Source of the DNA: Takakia lepidozioides
Taxonomy: Eukaryota > Plantae > Bryophyta
Direction of reading: 5' to 3'
Assembly (NCBI GenBank): GCA_030704615.1
Contig: CM060731.1
Location: 67,890,001-67,954,000, forward strand
Length of the DNA: 64,000 nucleotides
Shown here: piece by piece, positions 26,224 to 37,672 of the stretch
How positions within the stretch are numbered: position 1 is the stretch's first letter
How the letters are laid out: each line of letters opens with the position of its first letter
The notes under the pieces: model-generated
Told to the model about the DNA's origin: nothing
The model's database searches: none
The model's input: only the letters and a program-made list of their open reading frames with translations
Position numbers and translations under genes: made by a program

Positions 26224-29200
26224 TTAGACTCCAAAGTGTTGGCCAACCACCTGCCCCAACTCGGTCTGTTTCCTAACACCATTCACATATGGTAGAGGGG
26301 TGTTACTGACACATGCCTCTTTGATGTACACACAGGCATAATCAAGGGGCACAACAGGGTACCCGTAACCCACCACAGCACCTTGAAGAGCAACAATCAG
26401 CCCTACTCCACATTTCTTGCGTTTGGAGTTCACATCCAACAGCCGAACCTCGTCACCCACCCTGAACTGTGATCCCAACTCCACACAAAAAAAGAACACG
26501 ATGTGAAAACCCATGACATACACACGACTAGGACACTCAACATTTGTGAGTTAAAGAGAGCCCCAAGGTTGGAAAAAATATAACAGACAAGACAACGGCC
26601 TGGACTTACTCCATTTGCAGTCTCCAGTGGTGGTGAGACCTCTTTTGGGGGGCTACTCGCCGGGTCGACACTCTTGCCCCTCGTCTGTACCGGCTTGTCG
26701 ACAATATCACCTTTGTTTGTCAGAAGTTCCTGTGTCACAGACCAGAGATCAACCAGGAAGCAAGGAGCAAACAGGAATAGTGAATAGAAACAAAATCCAA
26801 GTATGAATCAAACAAAAAAAGCCAACATGAAAAGCTGCAAAGAAAACCTAGCATTAATCAAGCAACCGAAGCATCCAGGAAAGCAATGCAATGAATGAAC
26901 CCACAAAAATGTAGCCTCTGGAGCACTGTCAGAATGTTTGTACCTTCACAGTAGCAGAGTTGTATGGTTGTTGTCCGAAAACAGGCTGAGACTCCAAAAA
27001 CTTGGGAATACTGGCAGCTTTCGATGCCTTCCACAAGAAAGGCCACAACACCTCTGTTAGATACTCATCAGTTGGTGAATCTGGTTGCACCTTCCATGGC
27101 TCTGGAAAAATCCCACTGAAGGGAGGATTGTTTGCCGCCTTTCTTGGTGTGTCGTCAACAAGAACAGTGTCCTCATAAGTCCATTCTGGCCAGTCTGCCC
27201 ACACTGTAGACAAGTTCTTGAAATATAATGGCTTTGAATCAGACCCCTTACGGCATGAGAGGACTGGATCCTCGTCACAGTGAAGGGCATCCCACTGGAA
27301 AACCAGGTTAGTGTGGGCTGCAAAAATATAGTCCACCATTGGGAAGAAGTTGCGAGCTTGGCAACAAGACCACACCGCCACCTCAAAGTGTTCAAAACAC
27401 TTTTGCAAAAAGTCATAACAGCGTGGTCTCAAAACTACCATCTTCTTGCCACACATCTTCCCCACAAAACCTTTGGGAAGGGATGCAGACCCATTAGCAG
27501 AATGAAAAGATTCACATAACAGACCATTTAAGTCCAGAATTAGTAAATGCTTCCTCGTTGGTCCAGGAAGTAAACTGACATTTGGCTTCAACATGTGAGC
27601 AGGAGAAATTAAAGCAACCTGCTTGTTTGTTTTGTCCCCGTCTGCATCTTCCTCCCCATCTAAACTCCCACATACCTGCATACCAGAATCCGGTGTGCCC
27701 GGCGGCTCTGTCACCATTGCCCCCTGGACTGCTACTGCCTTTGTACGTGGCAAGGGCTGAATTTCCACGTGTACCTCACAGCTAGCCTTCCCTGTATCCT
27801 GCTGCTGCTCGGTCAAATTCAAAAGATCATCAGTGACAGGAAGACATAAGGGCTTAGAGTGAGCACCAGTTACCGTCTGAAATTGGGATTCCAAACATTT
27901 TGATACTGTCACAACAGACGTATCCATCGTAGATGTCACTGGTCCTGCGCCTGGTAGATTAATCCCCAATCTGGTCACAATGGCTTTCTGGTACTCAATC
28001 ATACTCTGCATCTGTAATTTTAATTCTGCCATGTCACGTCCTTGTGATTCCACCAGTTTGTCCAAGCCATCCATCCTGCCAACTACTGTAGAATATGCGA
28101 GACTTCCCTCCTGCCAATCCATGAAAACTTGCCCAAGTATGAATCAAACCAAAAAAACCTAGCATGAACAACCATTGGAAAGAAAACCCAGGCCAAAAGC
28201 CGTGAAAAAAACCCTAGCAACCTATGATGCAGCAACCACTCTAGCAAACGTGGAAAACACACTTACCCGCCTGTCACTCCCAGCTGACAACCGTGACACT
28301 GAACCCTCTTGAATTTCATATAATGTAGGAGGGCACCCTGATAGTGTTTCCTACAAATTAATCCATGCCACAAACAAACCCATGCCACAAGTCAGTAAGC
28401 AATGTGAGGGCTGACTATATACACATAGCAATTCAATGAGGAACAAAATACAGAGTCGTGATGATGCCACTTACCAAGCGTGCTTCCACCATTGCCTTCC
28501 CACCACGGCCAGTCTTGGTAGGATTCAGAATTGCACCATTTGCCTTCTTCATGTTGCCCGACACTTTGTGGAACACCTCTGTCTGCCAGTAACTTACAAG
28601 CTTGTTCCATACCTCGTCAGATACAGTAATGGGTTTCCCCTTACCACCCAACCACGCAGTGTGTGCTTCATAACGCTGGCTCTTCATTATTCTGCCAATT
28701 GTTTGTTTTAGGTGGAAGTCTTTTAACTCGTGCGGCGTATATGAAAATAGCTTAGCCAGGTGATCTCTGATTTCGTATACAACTTCATCAGGTTGGTTGT
28801 TGATGGCAAGGGAACAATCTAGCTTGCGATAAGCCTGTCCTTTAAGGGCAGCGTGCCATACATTCCGGGTCTGACCATACGGGGCTCCTTTGAGGTTCGT
28901 CAAAATCACCGTGGGAGGAAGACCTGCAGCTATTCTCTCTTCCTTGACCTTGGCAGCTTCAATTTTGGCTGAGCTATTAGCCCTCCTTAAAGCATTGGTT
29001 CTATCATTCTTTGAAACGGCACCCTCCCCTCCTTCAGAGACCTCCGTGCGCTCAGGAGAATTCAAAGCAGGATCCTGCCAAGTAGGGACTGGTGGCCATG
29101 GCTGTTGGCCAGAAGGCCGAGGACCATACTGGCCATACTGTCCATAAGCAGGAGGATATTCCGGTGGCCTGCCACCCCCATAGCTATTAGGGGGTGGCAA

Positions 29201-29431
29201 ATATGGTGGAGGAGGATACTGGCCATACTGCCCATATGGAGGAGCACCATATTGACCCTGACCATACTGAGTGCCAGACTGTGGGTACTGAGGCATACCA
29301 TAATAAGGTGGGGGTACTGGTGGCACAGAACCCACAACGTTGGGAGAGTTAGGGCCACCTCCTGCGTTCTTGTGGGCGCCATCTCCATTGCTAGCAGCAG
29401 GGATCGTGGATCCAGTGCGCTTGTGCTTGCC
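26224..29431 (-). CDS. TnpA/Ptta-like accessory gene of CACTA B with an internal FCP1/NIF-type HAD phosphatase-like domain; exons 29431-28475, 28350-28267, 28110-26944, 26729-26610, 26466-about 26224; first exon(s) probably near 30300
   Basis: All four GT-AG introns are phase 0 and join in frame. Order: P/G/Q/Y-rich region; WNKLVSYWQT...TGRGG...ETLSGCPPTLYEI (Transposase_24-like); coiled coil; HAD block LLILDLNGLL...RPRCYDFL..CFEHFEVAVWS...KPLYFKNLSTVW...TVLVDDTPRKAANNP...IFP; FRVGDEVRLL...VPLDYACVYI...PLPY (DUF8039-like, probable frameshift in the last few codons). Confidence 0.8.
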
Positions 29432-30723
29432 CTGAAAAGAAATCCCCCAGTACAATGTGGGTGATACACATACATTAGGACAGCAAGCAAGCAAATCCTG
29501 GATTCAGCGCAAAACAAAACTGGAAGCACATATATTTGTAAGACAAAGATTACCCAAACTCAGTAGGATCTTGGGCAGTTAGTAAATCTCCCAACTTTGA
29601 TTGATGGCCCCAATGATGTCCTCCCAGTACATTTTTGAGCCCTCTTAGGTATGGGGTGTTCCTGAAATCCATAGCAAGAATTCAAATGGACAAACTGATG
29701 GGTCAATGAGAAGTATCCCTCCAAGTTTTACTGATATTCGGGTGCATAAGTAACCCAAGTATCTCTATAAGTAGCCATTGTAGCTTAGTACCAGGACGTT
29801 GGTTTCATAGGGCAAGAATTTGAACACACCTGAAGTCTACATTGGCGGACATCATGCCTTTGGCCACTTCAACTTGTCTAGTGGAAATCATTTGTGATTG
29901 TGCCTTGGCTGACCCCTGCATGTCCAACTTCCATGTCTTGACAGACATACCCTATCTCTTAGTGATTTTACCAAAAACATACATAATTAGAATCATGGTC
30001 ATGTGAAGAACTATAACTCACAGACGGAGAAGGTGTTTGTAGGTAGATGATGGGCGTTTTTGTCCTGCGCATGAGCATGGGCATGTTCTCCTCGGCTTGC
30101 CGTTGGCATCCGCCGACGACGCACTCGCCTCGCATGGCGTGGGAGGAGTGGATCGTCCTCATCGTCCTCAGAAGAGCCCTCATGCAGAATCGTAGTCTTC
30201 ATCGTCTTCAGTCTGGCACTTTGCCTTGCAGGACCTTGATCCCTACCTTTTTCCTTCGGAACATGTGGCTTGCGAGGGCGATTCGCTCCCGCAAGCCTGC
30301 ACAAACACCTCCATGACCTCCCTCTCAAACAATCACAAACAAATGTAAGCATACATACCCTAATACTCTTAAGCCTACGCTGAACCACAGCCGCACCCTA
30401 CCAGGACGTAATGCCTGCCCACGAATGACGGCGGACATCTCCCGCCTAATGACACACCCTCCTCAAACCTAATCGTCACTCACTGCATGTTGTTTGCCTC
30501 TCTGCTTCCACCTCCTTTATGGCAGCAATCCGGCGCTCTCGGAACTTCTCGTACTCAGTGAGAGGGACTGTCACTTCGAAGACCTTCCGCTTCACCATGG
30601 ACACTCAGAAACGATACTTATAGTATACTATAGATATAGAAATAGCACATTGGCAGCTGGTGCAAAACTAGAGACAATGCACCGTGCGTAGCATGCAAAG
30701 AGGGAAGGGGTGACGTTCAAAGC

Positions 30724-33700
30724 ATGTACAGTGCAGGTGGCGAATGGATGCGTAGGCGTAGAATAGATGACCGTCTATGGCGAATGGAAGAAGCTTATGC
30801 CACAAGGAATGGGCATACAAAAATGCTATGCAACTGCGATGAGTGTCATGGAGGAAAAATACTCTTGTTGGAAACAGTAAGGAATCATTACATGATACAC
30901 GGGAGGGATCCTCTTCTCCAACGCTGTTCTCTTCCGGTAAGATCGTCACTTTCCCTTCAGCACTTTAGTTTGAATTTTGAATGCAATGATCCTCTTCTCC
31001 ACATGTCGACATTTCGTTGGGTGATTGTAGTCAAGAAGTCATAAGATACAGACGTGAGTATGACTACGCCACTTCCGTTATCACTTTAATTAATGCACAT
31101 GTCGTGTTTTCATTGGTCATGTGTAGTCATGTAGTCATATATGACTAAGTAAGTGACTGCAACTATGACTTCAATGGTTACAAATGTCGTGTTTTGATTG
31201 GGTGTATATTCATAAGATACATACGTAAATATGACTGCATCACTGCAACGTCACCGTGCCTCCTATGTCATAATATGAACAAGTGTCACATCGTTGTTGG
31301 TCCACTCAAGATGACTATTGGGATGCAGGGATGTGAATATTCAAATGATGAAGACGAAGGCCCTGCGGCACAGCGGGAGCCCAATGTCACAGAGAACGCA
31401 GATGAGAGTGGTGGATTGGAGGTAGAAATGCAGCGTGCATTGCAGAAAGCGTTTCTCTTTGCAGATGCAAACAGAGAGGACCCCATTCATGGTGGAACCG
31501 ATCACACATTTGCCGATATGACGATGATCTCGACGATTCCGGAGACAATGAATTTGATGAGAATGCTCACCTGCACGTTGATCCCGAGTATGATAAACTC
31601 TTCCGAGCGTCGCAATGTCCACTTTTTGAAGGGTGCTCCATCAGCCGGCTGCAAGCAACTTTGACGTTGCTGAACGCATGCACTACCCACAAGTGCACCA
31701 ATGCATTTGTGGATGAGCTTCTGGGATTGTTGCGCAAGAGTTTTTTTGCCTAAAGAGAATTCATTGCCGAAAACTCACTATGAAGCAAAAACCATATTGC
31801 CAAGATGGGATTGCAGTACACGACGATTCATGCCTGTGAGCGTGGTTGTGTACTCTTCCGTGGGGAGTATGAGAATGTAGACATTTGCCCAGTGTGCCGC
31901 AGTTCCCGTTACATTCCAGGTCGTGGAAGTGTGCCCAAGAAAGTATTGCGACACTTCCCTGTCATTCCAAGGTTGAAACGTATGTACCGATGTAAATCGA
32001 TCGCTAACCTCATGACATGGCACGACAGACATAAGAGCCAGGATGGGTTGGTTCGACGTCCAGCTGATAGCAAAGCATGGAGACACATTGACACCACATT
32101 TGCGGATTTTGCTGCAGAGCCACGATCTCTGCGATTTGGATTGGCCTTAGACGGTGTAAATCCCTACGGAGCTCAATCCACAAGTTGGAGCACATGGCCC
32201 GTTCTCTTGGTCAATTACAATCTGCCTCCGTGGTTAATGACCAAAAAGTTCTTTGTCATGTTAGCGCTACTGATTCCTGGTAAGGACTCTGTTACCTCGG
32301 ACAACGTAGATGTTTACCTGATGCCCCTAGTGGAAGAGCTATTGGAACTATGGAGAGGGATTGCAGCTCATGATGTTTCCCGTCCTCGTGGTCAACGCGA
32401 ATTCACACTGAGGGCAGTGTTGATGTGGTCAATCCATGACTACCCTGCATATGGCTTGCTCTCAGGTCAAGTGACGAAAGGTTATGCTGGTTGTCCAGCT
32501 TGTGCACCCGGCACAGCAGTTACACACATGTGGAAAAATTGTTTTCCTAGGCCATCGAAGATTTTTGGCCCGCAATCATCCATATAGTAGGTCAAGAATG
32601 TTCAATGGCGCTACTGAGCATGGAACTCCTCCAAAAACGCAGACTGGAACACAAATCAAGGACCTTGCAACGGCTCGCACTGCATGGGTGGAAAACGGAG
32701 GGACGCCAGATAGCAGGACAGACCCACAAAAACTCATGGACTTAAGCGATTGTCAATTTTATATGTCTTACCTTATTGGGAGGTAATTCCTTCATGGCCT
32801 TTAAATTGGCTGTGTACATTTTTGCGTTTTCTGTTTAAATTGTGATAAGTAAATGCTCAATTGCTTATGTGTTCATTTTGTAGGGTCTCCTCATCCGCCA
32901 CACGTTTGACGCAATGCATTGCGAGAAGAACTTGGCTGAAAATATTATTAAAACTATCTTTGGTGAGAAAGACACATTGAAAGTTCGCCGTGATTTGGAG
33001 CTACTTGGGATGCGCCCGGAATTGTGGCTACAACGTGATCCTGACAGAGCAGATATGTTAATTATGCCTCCTGCCCCTTATGTCCTCACTGAGGCTAGTT
33101 ACAAGTCTTTCTGGAGATTGTGCAGAACTTGAAAGTGCCAACAGGCTACGCATCAGCTTTCAAAAAGCATGTGGTGAAGAAGAAGTTGTCAGGCATGAAA
33201 TCACATGATTATCATGTGCTCATGCAGCAAATTATACCGCTTGCTATCCGTGGGCTCATGCCAAGTGGTCCTCGAAGGGCCATTTTGCGAGTATGTCGTG
33301 TATTTAAGAAGTTGTGTGCAAAAGTGGTGAATCCTGTAGAGTATGAGGAATTGAGAACTGAAGCAGTTCTCACTCTGTGTCTTATAGAGAAGGAGTTCCC
33401 ACCATCATTTTTTGATGTGATGACACATCTGGTTGTTCACCTAGTGGATGAGTTGTACTTATGCGGGCCCGTAGCATCTCGTTGGATGTACCCCATGGAG
33501 CGGGCAATGAAAGATATGAAGGACTACGTAAGAAACATGGCAAGGCCCGAGGGGAGCATGGCAGAAGGATACCAATTTGAAGAAGCATTGGGTTTTTGCA
33601 CAGAGTATATGGTAGGATTTGATGGAAGTGTACGAAGGGTGTGGGATGCAGATGAGGCAGAATCTGTGGAACGTGAAGTTGTGGAAGGAAGTTCTAAAGT

Positions 33701-34864
33701 CCGAAAATTGAATGACCTGTGTGATATTATACATGAGTACATCATTCAGAACCATCCTCGTCTATCAGTCATGTTGGGGTAAGAAATCTACTTCATTGAC
33801 ATTCAGATTTCCAAGTTTTAGTCATTTATCATTAGTTGGCATATGGCGTCTTTTCAAATCTCCCACGCCACCTCTGTCAATCTCCTGGCTGACCCTCGGA
33901 TTGTGACAGGATATATGAAGCAGAGTCCACACGGATAGAAGCCAGACGACGCTTGTTTCGTGAGGAGCAAGGGCTGGAAGGCATGAGCAGTCCCACGGCA
34001 ATTCAGTACCCTCCTGATTTGCATCCTTGTCCTCCATTTGCTGTTTGGCTCCCTCAAGGTGTACGGGATCATCTCTCAATTCAATCAGATGGGCTTGATC
34101 CTACAACACGTGAGGAATTACTGGATCTTTCAAGGCCTCCATCATTTACTGCCCTGTCATTCAAGAGTATGACAGCGTATGATAACCATTACAGGGTTAC
34201 ATCCCCCGGCATGAACACAACAAGTATGGTGTCTTTTGATTGTGGAGTCTCATCTGTTTTCCAGCACCAGCCCATTACCAACAATTCAGGCAATGACATG
34301 GAGGAACCTACAAGATATGTGGGTCTTATAAGGGAGATTTTGCAAATTGACTATGGCCAAACACAGCCTATAGTGTTTTTGTGTTCGTGGGTACGGGCGA
34401 GTCGCGTGGGTCGTCAACCTATGTCAATGAAGCAGGATGATGCTGGCTTCACACTTGTCAATTTTAACCGTATGCTTCCACCTTCTGAGCAACCTTTTGT
34501 GTTTCCTGGGCAGGTTGATCAAGTGTTTTTTTCTGATTGTGTGAAGGAGCCGGGGTGGAAAGTCGTCCTGGAGAAGAGCCCCCGAGCACGTAGAGTGGTC
34601 TGCGACATATCAATTGATAATGATGATGTGGCGGAAGTGGAAGGATTGTTAGCCCCACAAAGACTAGAGGAGACTGTGGTTACTGATGGCCCAACATGCA
34701 GCCGAGCGGTACCGGTTACTCCAGAGCAGGTGGCCTCCTTGTACCTCCGAGCACCCCGTATACGTGGTGATGATGTTCACCCAACCCTTGGAGAAGATGA
34801 AGTCTGTGATGAAGACAATGATACATGTAGTGACCCAGACATAGATGAGGATGATGAAGATTAG
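30724..34864 (+). pseudogene. Tnp2/TnpD transposase of CACTA B (transposase-associated domain, Transposase_21, DUF4218, DUF4216), spliced, with frameshifts
   Basis: MLCNCDEC...VRNHYMIHG; IHACERGCVLFRG; DGVNPY..STWPV..YNLPPW; HDYPAYG; MHCEKN; GMKSHDYH; FPPSFFDVMTHLVVHL; WMYPMER; PEGSM; YVGLIREILQIDY...PFVFPGQVDQVFF. Split over several frames. Confidence 0.93.
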
Positions 34865-35235
34865 ATATGCGCGATTTGTGCACTCCAGTTATAGACCATG
34901 CATGATAGTTTAAGGTGGTAACACTCCCTTCGCATTCCCATTAAGATGTCATGCTTGGACACTGGATTTTATGATCAATTATGGAGTGCTTTCCTTTCAG
35001 CACCCTTTATTCATTTGTTGTTGCAATTGGCTTTGGACCAACCCGTGCTGGTACCATTGCCATGGGTTCTTCCTGCAATGTTTTCTTGCCATGGATTCGG
35101 CACACGCCACGAAAGGCCATCCAGACCATCCTCTGGAAATGCTCCAATGTTGTTTCAAACATCTCCACATTGCAATGGATACAACACTGACATTAGATGA
35201 GTGAAAGTGAGACTAGACCTCCAGCCAGCCGGCTT

Positions 35236-35366
35236 TCCCACATCAAATTGAAGGGGATCTGTAGATTATAGATAACGGCTGTTGCCTTCTCAATGTCTTT
35301 TCCAATGACCTCTGCAATGAACTGGGGTATAAGATCCTTCAAATCACAAGTTTGAGCATCACGCAC
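35236..35366 (-). pseudogene. RPS3A: 40S ribosomal protein S3a (eS1) exon fragment, copy 1
   Basis: VRDAQTCDLKDLIPQFIAEVIGKDIEKATAVIY then FDVGK; matches the recalled eS1 C-terminus CDLKDLVAKFIPE.IG.EIEKAT..IYPLQ. Confidence 0.8.
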
Positions 35367-35953
35367 AAGCCACTTACGGGGATAGAGTTTCCAATGCGAA
35401 CCATTGGTCTTTTATTGATAGCATTGTTGTAAAATACATGGACCAACATGGTCAATTTCGGGAATGACATATAGTACGCTTTCATGTACTATGTAAGCAT
35501 GCAACTATGTACCAGTGACGTGGCTTGTTCGCCACTTAACCTGTTTGCCCATTCAGCCAGCTCCACATTGTCATGGATTTTGCATGCTGGATTGTGAGGC
35601 CATCCACACCGTCCTCTGGAAATGCTATCATGGGGTTTCAGCTATGTCCACATTTCCCTGGATTATGCCTGCACGAAGCAAGGCCAACTACATTCAGCAC
35701 CCTCCACTTTATTATAGTATTGCAGCAACATTCAAAGCACTTCAATTTGTATCCATCGAAAACATCTAGGCTGGAAAAGACATTGTTGCAGCAGAACTTA
35801 GGAAAGTACTTCTCCCCTTCCACTACACACGTGAAATGAAAGAAGCCAACCAACAGCATACCAGCCAAGAAAAGAGCCAATATATGCAGTGAAGGTCGAC
35901 ACTAAATGAAACTTATCCAACACTTACATTAGAGGAGGGAAGCTAAGTCTTAC

Positions 35954-36065
35954 CTCCATAAGCTTGCCCACATCAAATTTGGGAGCTTTCAGAATTTCTC
36001 ATTTCCGGTTGAATGAACTTGGCTACAAGATCTTTCAAATCGCAAGTTTGAGCTTCACACACAAT
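35954..36065 (-). pseudogene. RPS3A: 40S ribosomal protein S3a (eS1) exon fragment, copy 2, with retained splice donor
   Basis: EAQTCDLKDLVAKFI / ILKAPKFDVGKLME followed by GTAAG. Confidence 0.85.
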
Positions 36066-37672
36066 GAACTTGCAGGGATTGAGCTTCCAATGCAAACCAG
36101 GAGTCTTATATTGATAGCATTGTTGTAAAACACATGGACCAACAATGACAGTCTCTGGAATGACATATAGTACAGTAATGACATATAGTACAGCATGCCG
36201 CTTCCAGTTGACCATCTACCCATGTAGGTTTCTTGTACCTATCCTTCCACAGGGAATCATAGGTAATGTGGAGCTTGAAATCCAGCCCTCTTGGATGAAT
36301 GTGGACCCACACTCTATCCCTGCTCCTTCAGCTATCCATGCCTCTGACAGCCTACAATTCTACCAGCAAACACCCCAACCATACTGGTGTGGAGTTCTTC
36401 CCCAAAATACCCCAACCCTACTTATCACAATCTGAAATGCATCTGCTTTTCTCTGTAGTCCAACAGGCATTCGCCTTTTTGTCTCCATTGTCCCACCATT
36501 GGGGTCGGAAAGTGTTCACCCCAAAGCTTCTCCTCACCTCTATTATATGTTTTTGGATACTTCCCTGCTGCCACACTGGCAGTAACTTGCCAAAGTCACT
36601 CCAAACCACCACAGATGTACCCAACGACCTAACTTACAGAATTCAATATGCATCTTGCGGCCGAGTCTGATGAGAGGGCAACACAGGCTGAAATAGGTTG
36701 AAGAAGAAGGTGCCCTACCACATTGTCCTTGACCTGTCCTGACCCATGGAGGATTTGACCGATGACCTCTTGTGTGTGCTGCTTGTGTCTGTAGTCAGGT
36801 AATGTCGGATTGGTCTGTCAGATCGAACCACTAGCGTAGATGAGTAGTCAGAGATTGAAACACGCTTGCTAAGACCAAGCTGACTCTCCCAAGAACGGCG
36901 AGCTCGCTTGTCCTCGTCTCGTCTCCTCCTCCTCTTCTCCTTCGTGCATCATTTGCTCAACGCCTCCATCCCACGCCCCTGCATATCCTGCTATCATCGC
37001 GTTCCATCCCTCAGCTATGTGGTGTGGCGCATGAGACAAAAAAATGCCAAGTCCCAGCCCTCCTTTCTGTTCACGATTACACTAATGGGCAACCTTATTA
37101 GCAAAAATTTTAACTTTTTTAAACCTAATGGGCAACCTTATTTGCATTATATGTGCCTTCAAAATGACACGTGTAGTGATGTAGTCGTATAAATAGAGCT
37201 CTGAAACCATCTTCAGTCATGGAGTCATAAGATTTCAAACGTCGTCCACGTGTAGTCAAACATATCACACTAGTCATATAAACCATCCCTGTCATCATGG
37301 TCAACAATGTTTGACCAATGCTCCCTAACTTTCTGGAGTCATGTAGTGATATCCATTACTACAAAGTCATAAAACTAAAACTGTAATGCATTTCAGCGCT
37401 CTGTAGTCATGTACCTAGTGCAGTTTTTATGACTCCGCCAAACCTGTAGTCCTAAAAACGCTCATCTCTTGTAGTGCATGATGCTCAGGAAGTTGTTGAC
37501 ATCACTTGAGAGACTAATAATGCACTAAATGAGTTGTTTGAACCACTGAGGAGAGACTGTCATGCATCACAACCACTTTAGACATGGAAGTATATAGAGC
37601 TCATAAAGGAATCTGATTTGTATAGGACTGCAATCTGTCGGAATGTTCTTGAAATGGTGTCACCAATTGCAG

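Larger units (their letters stand above)
34915..37015 (-). pseudogene. Captured host-gene mosaic in CACTA B: PPR E-motif and N-terminal fragments, RPS3a pieces and an unidentified exon
   Basis: VWMAFRGVCRIHG and ACKIHDNVELAE (E motif); WNAMIAGYA/GRGMEA/EQMM at about 36945-37010. 36450-36715 is collinear with pieces of element A's cargo (16250-16310, 16910-17005, 17900-17998). Confidence 0.8.
25012..37476 (+). mobile_element. Structurally complete CACTA element B (12,465 bp)
   Basis: Left TIR CACTACAACAGATGAACGTTTTTATGACT vs reverse complement of the right TIR CACTACAAGAGATGAGCGTTTTTAGGACT (26/29 match). 3-bp TSD CAT at 25009-25011 and 37477-37479. TATGACT/AGTCAT subterminal repeats at both ends. 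Confidence 0.97.
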
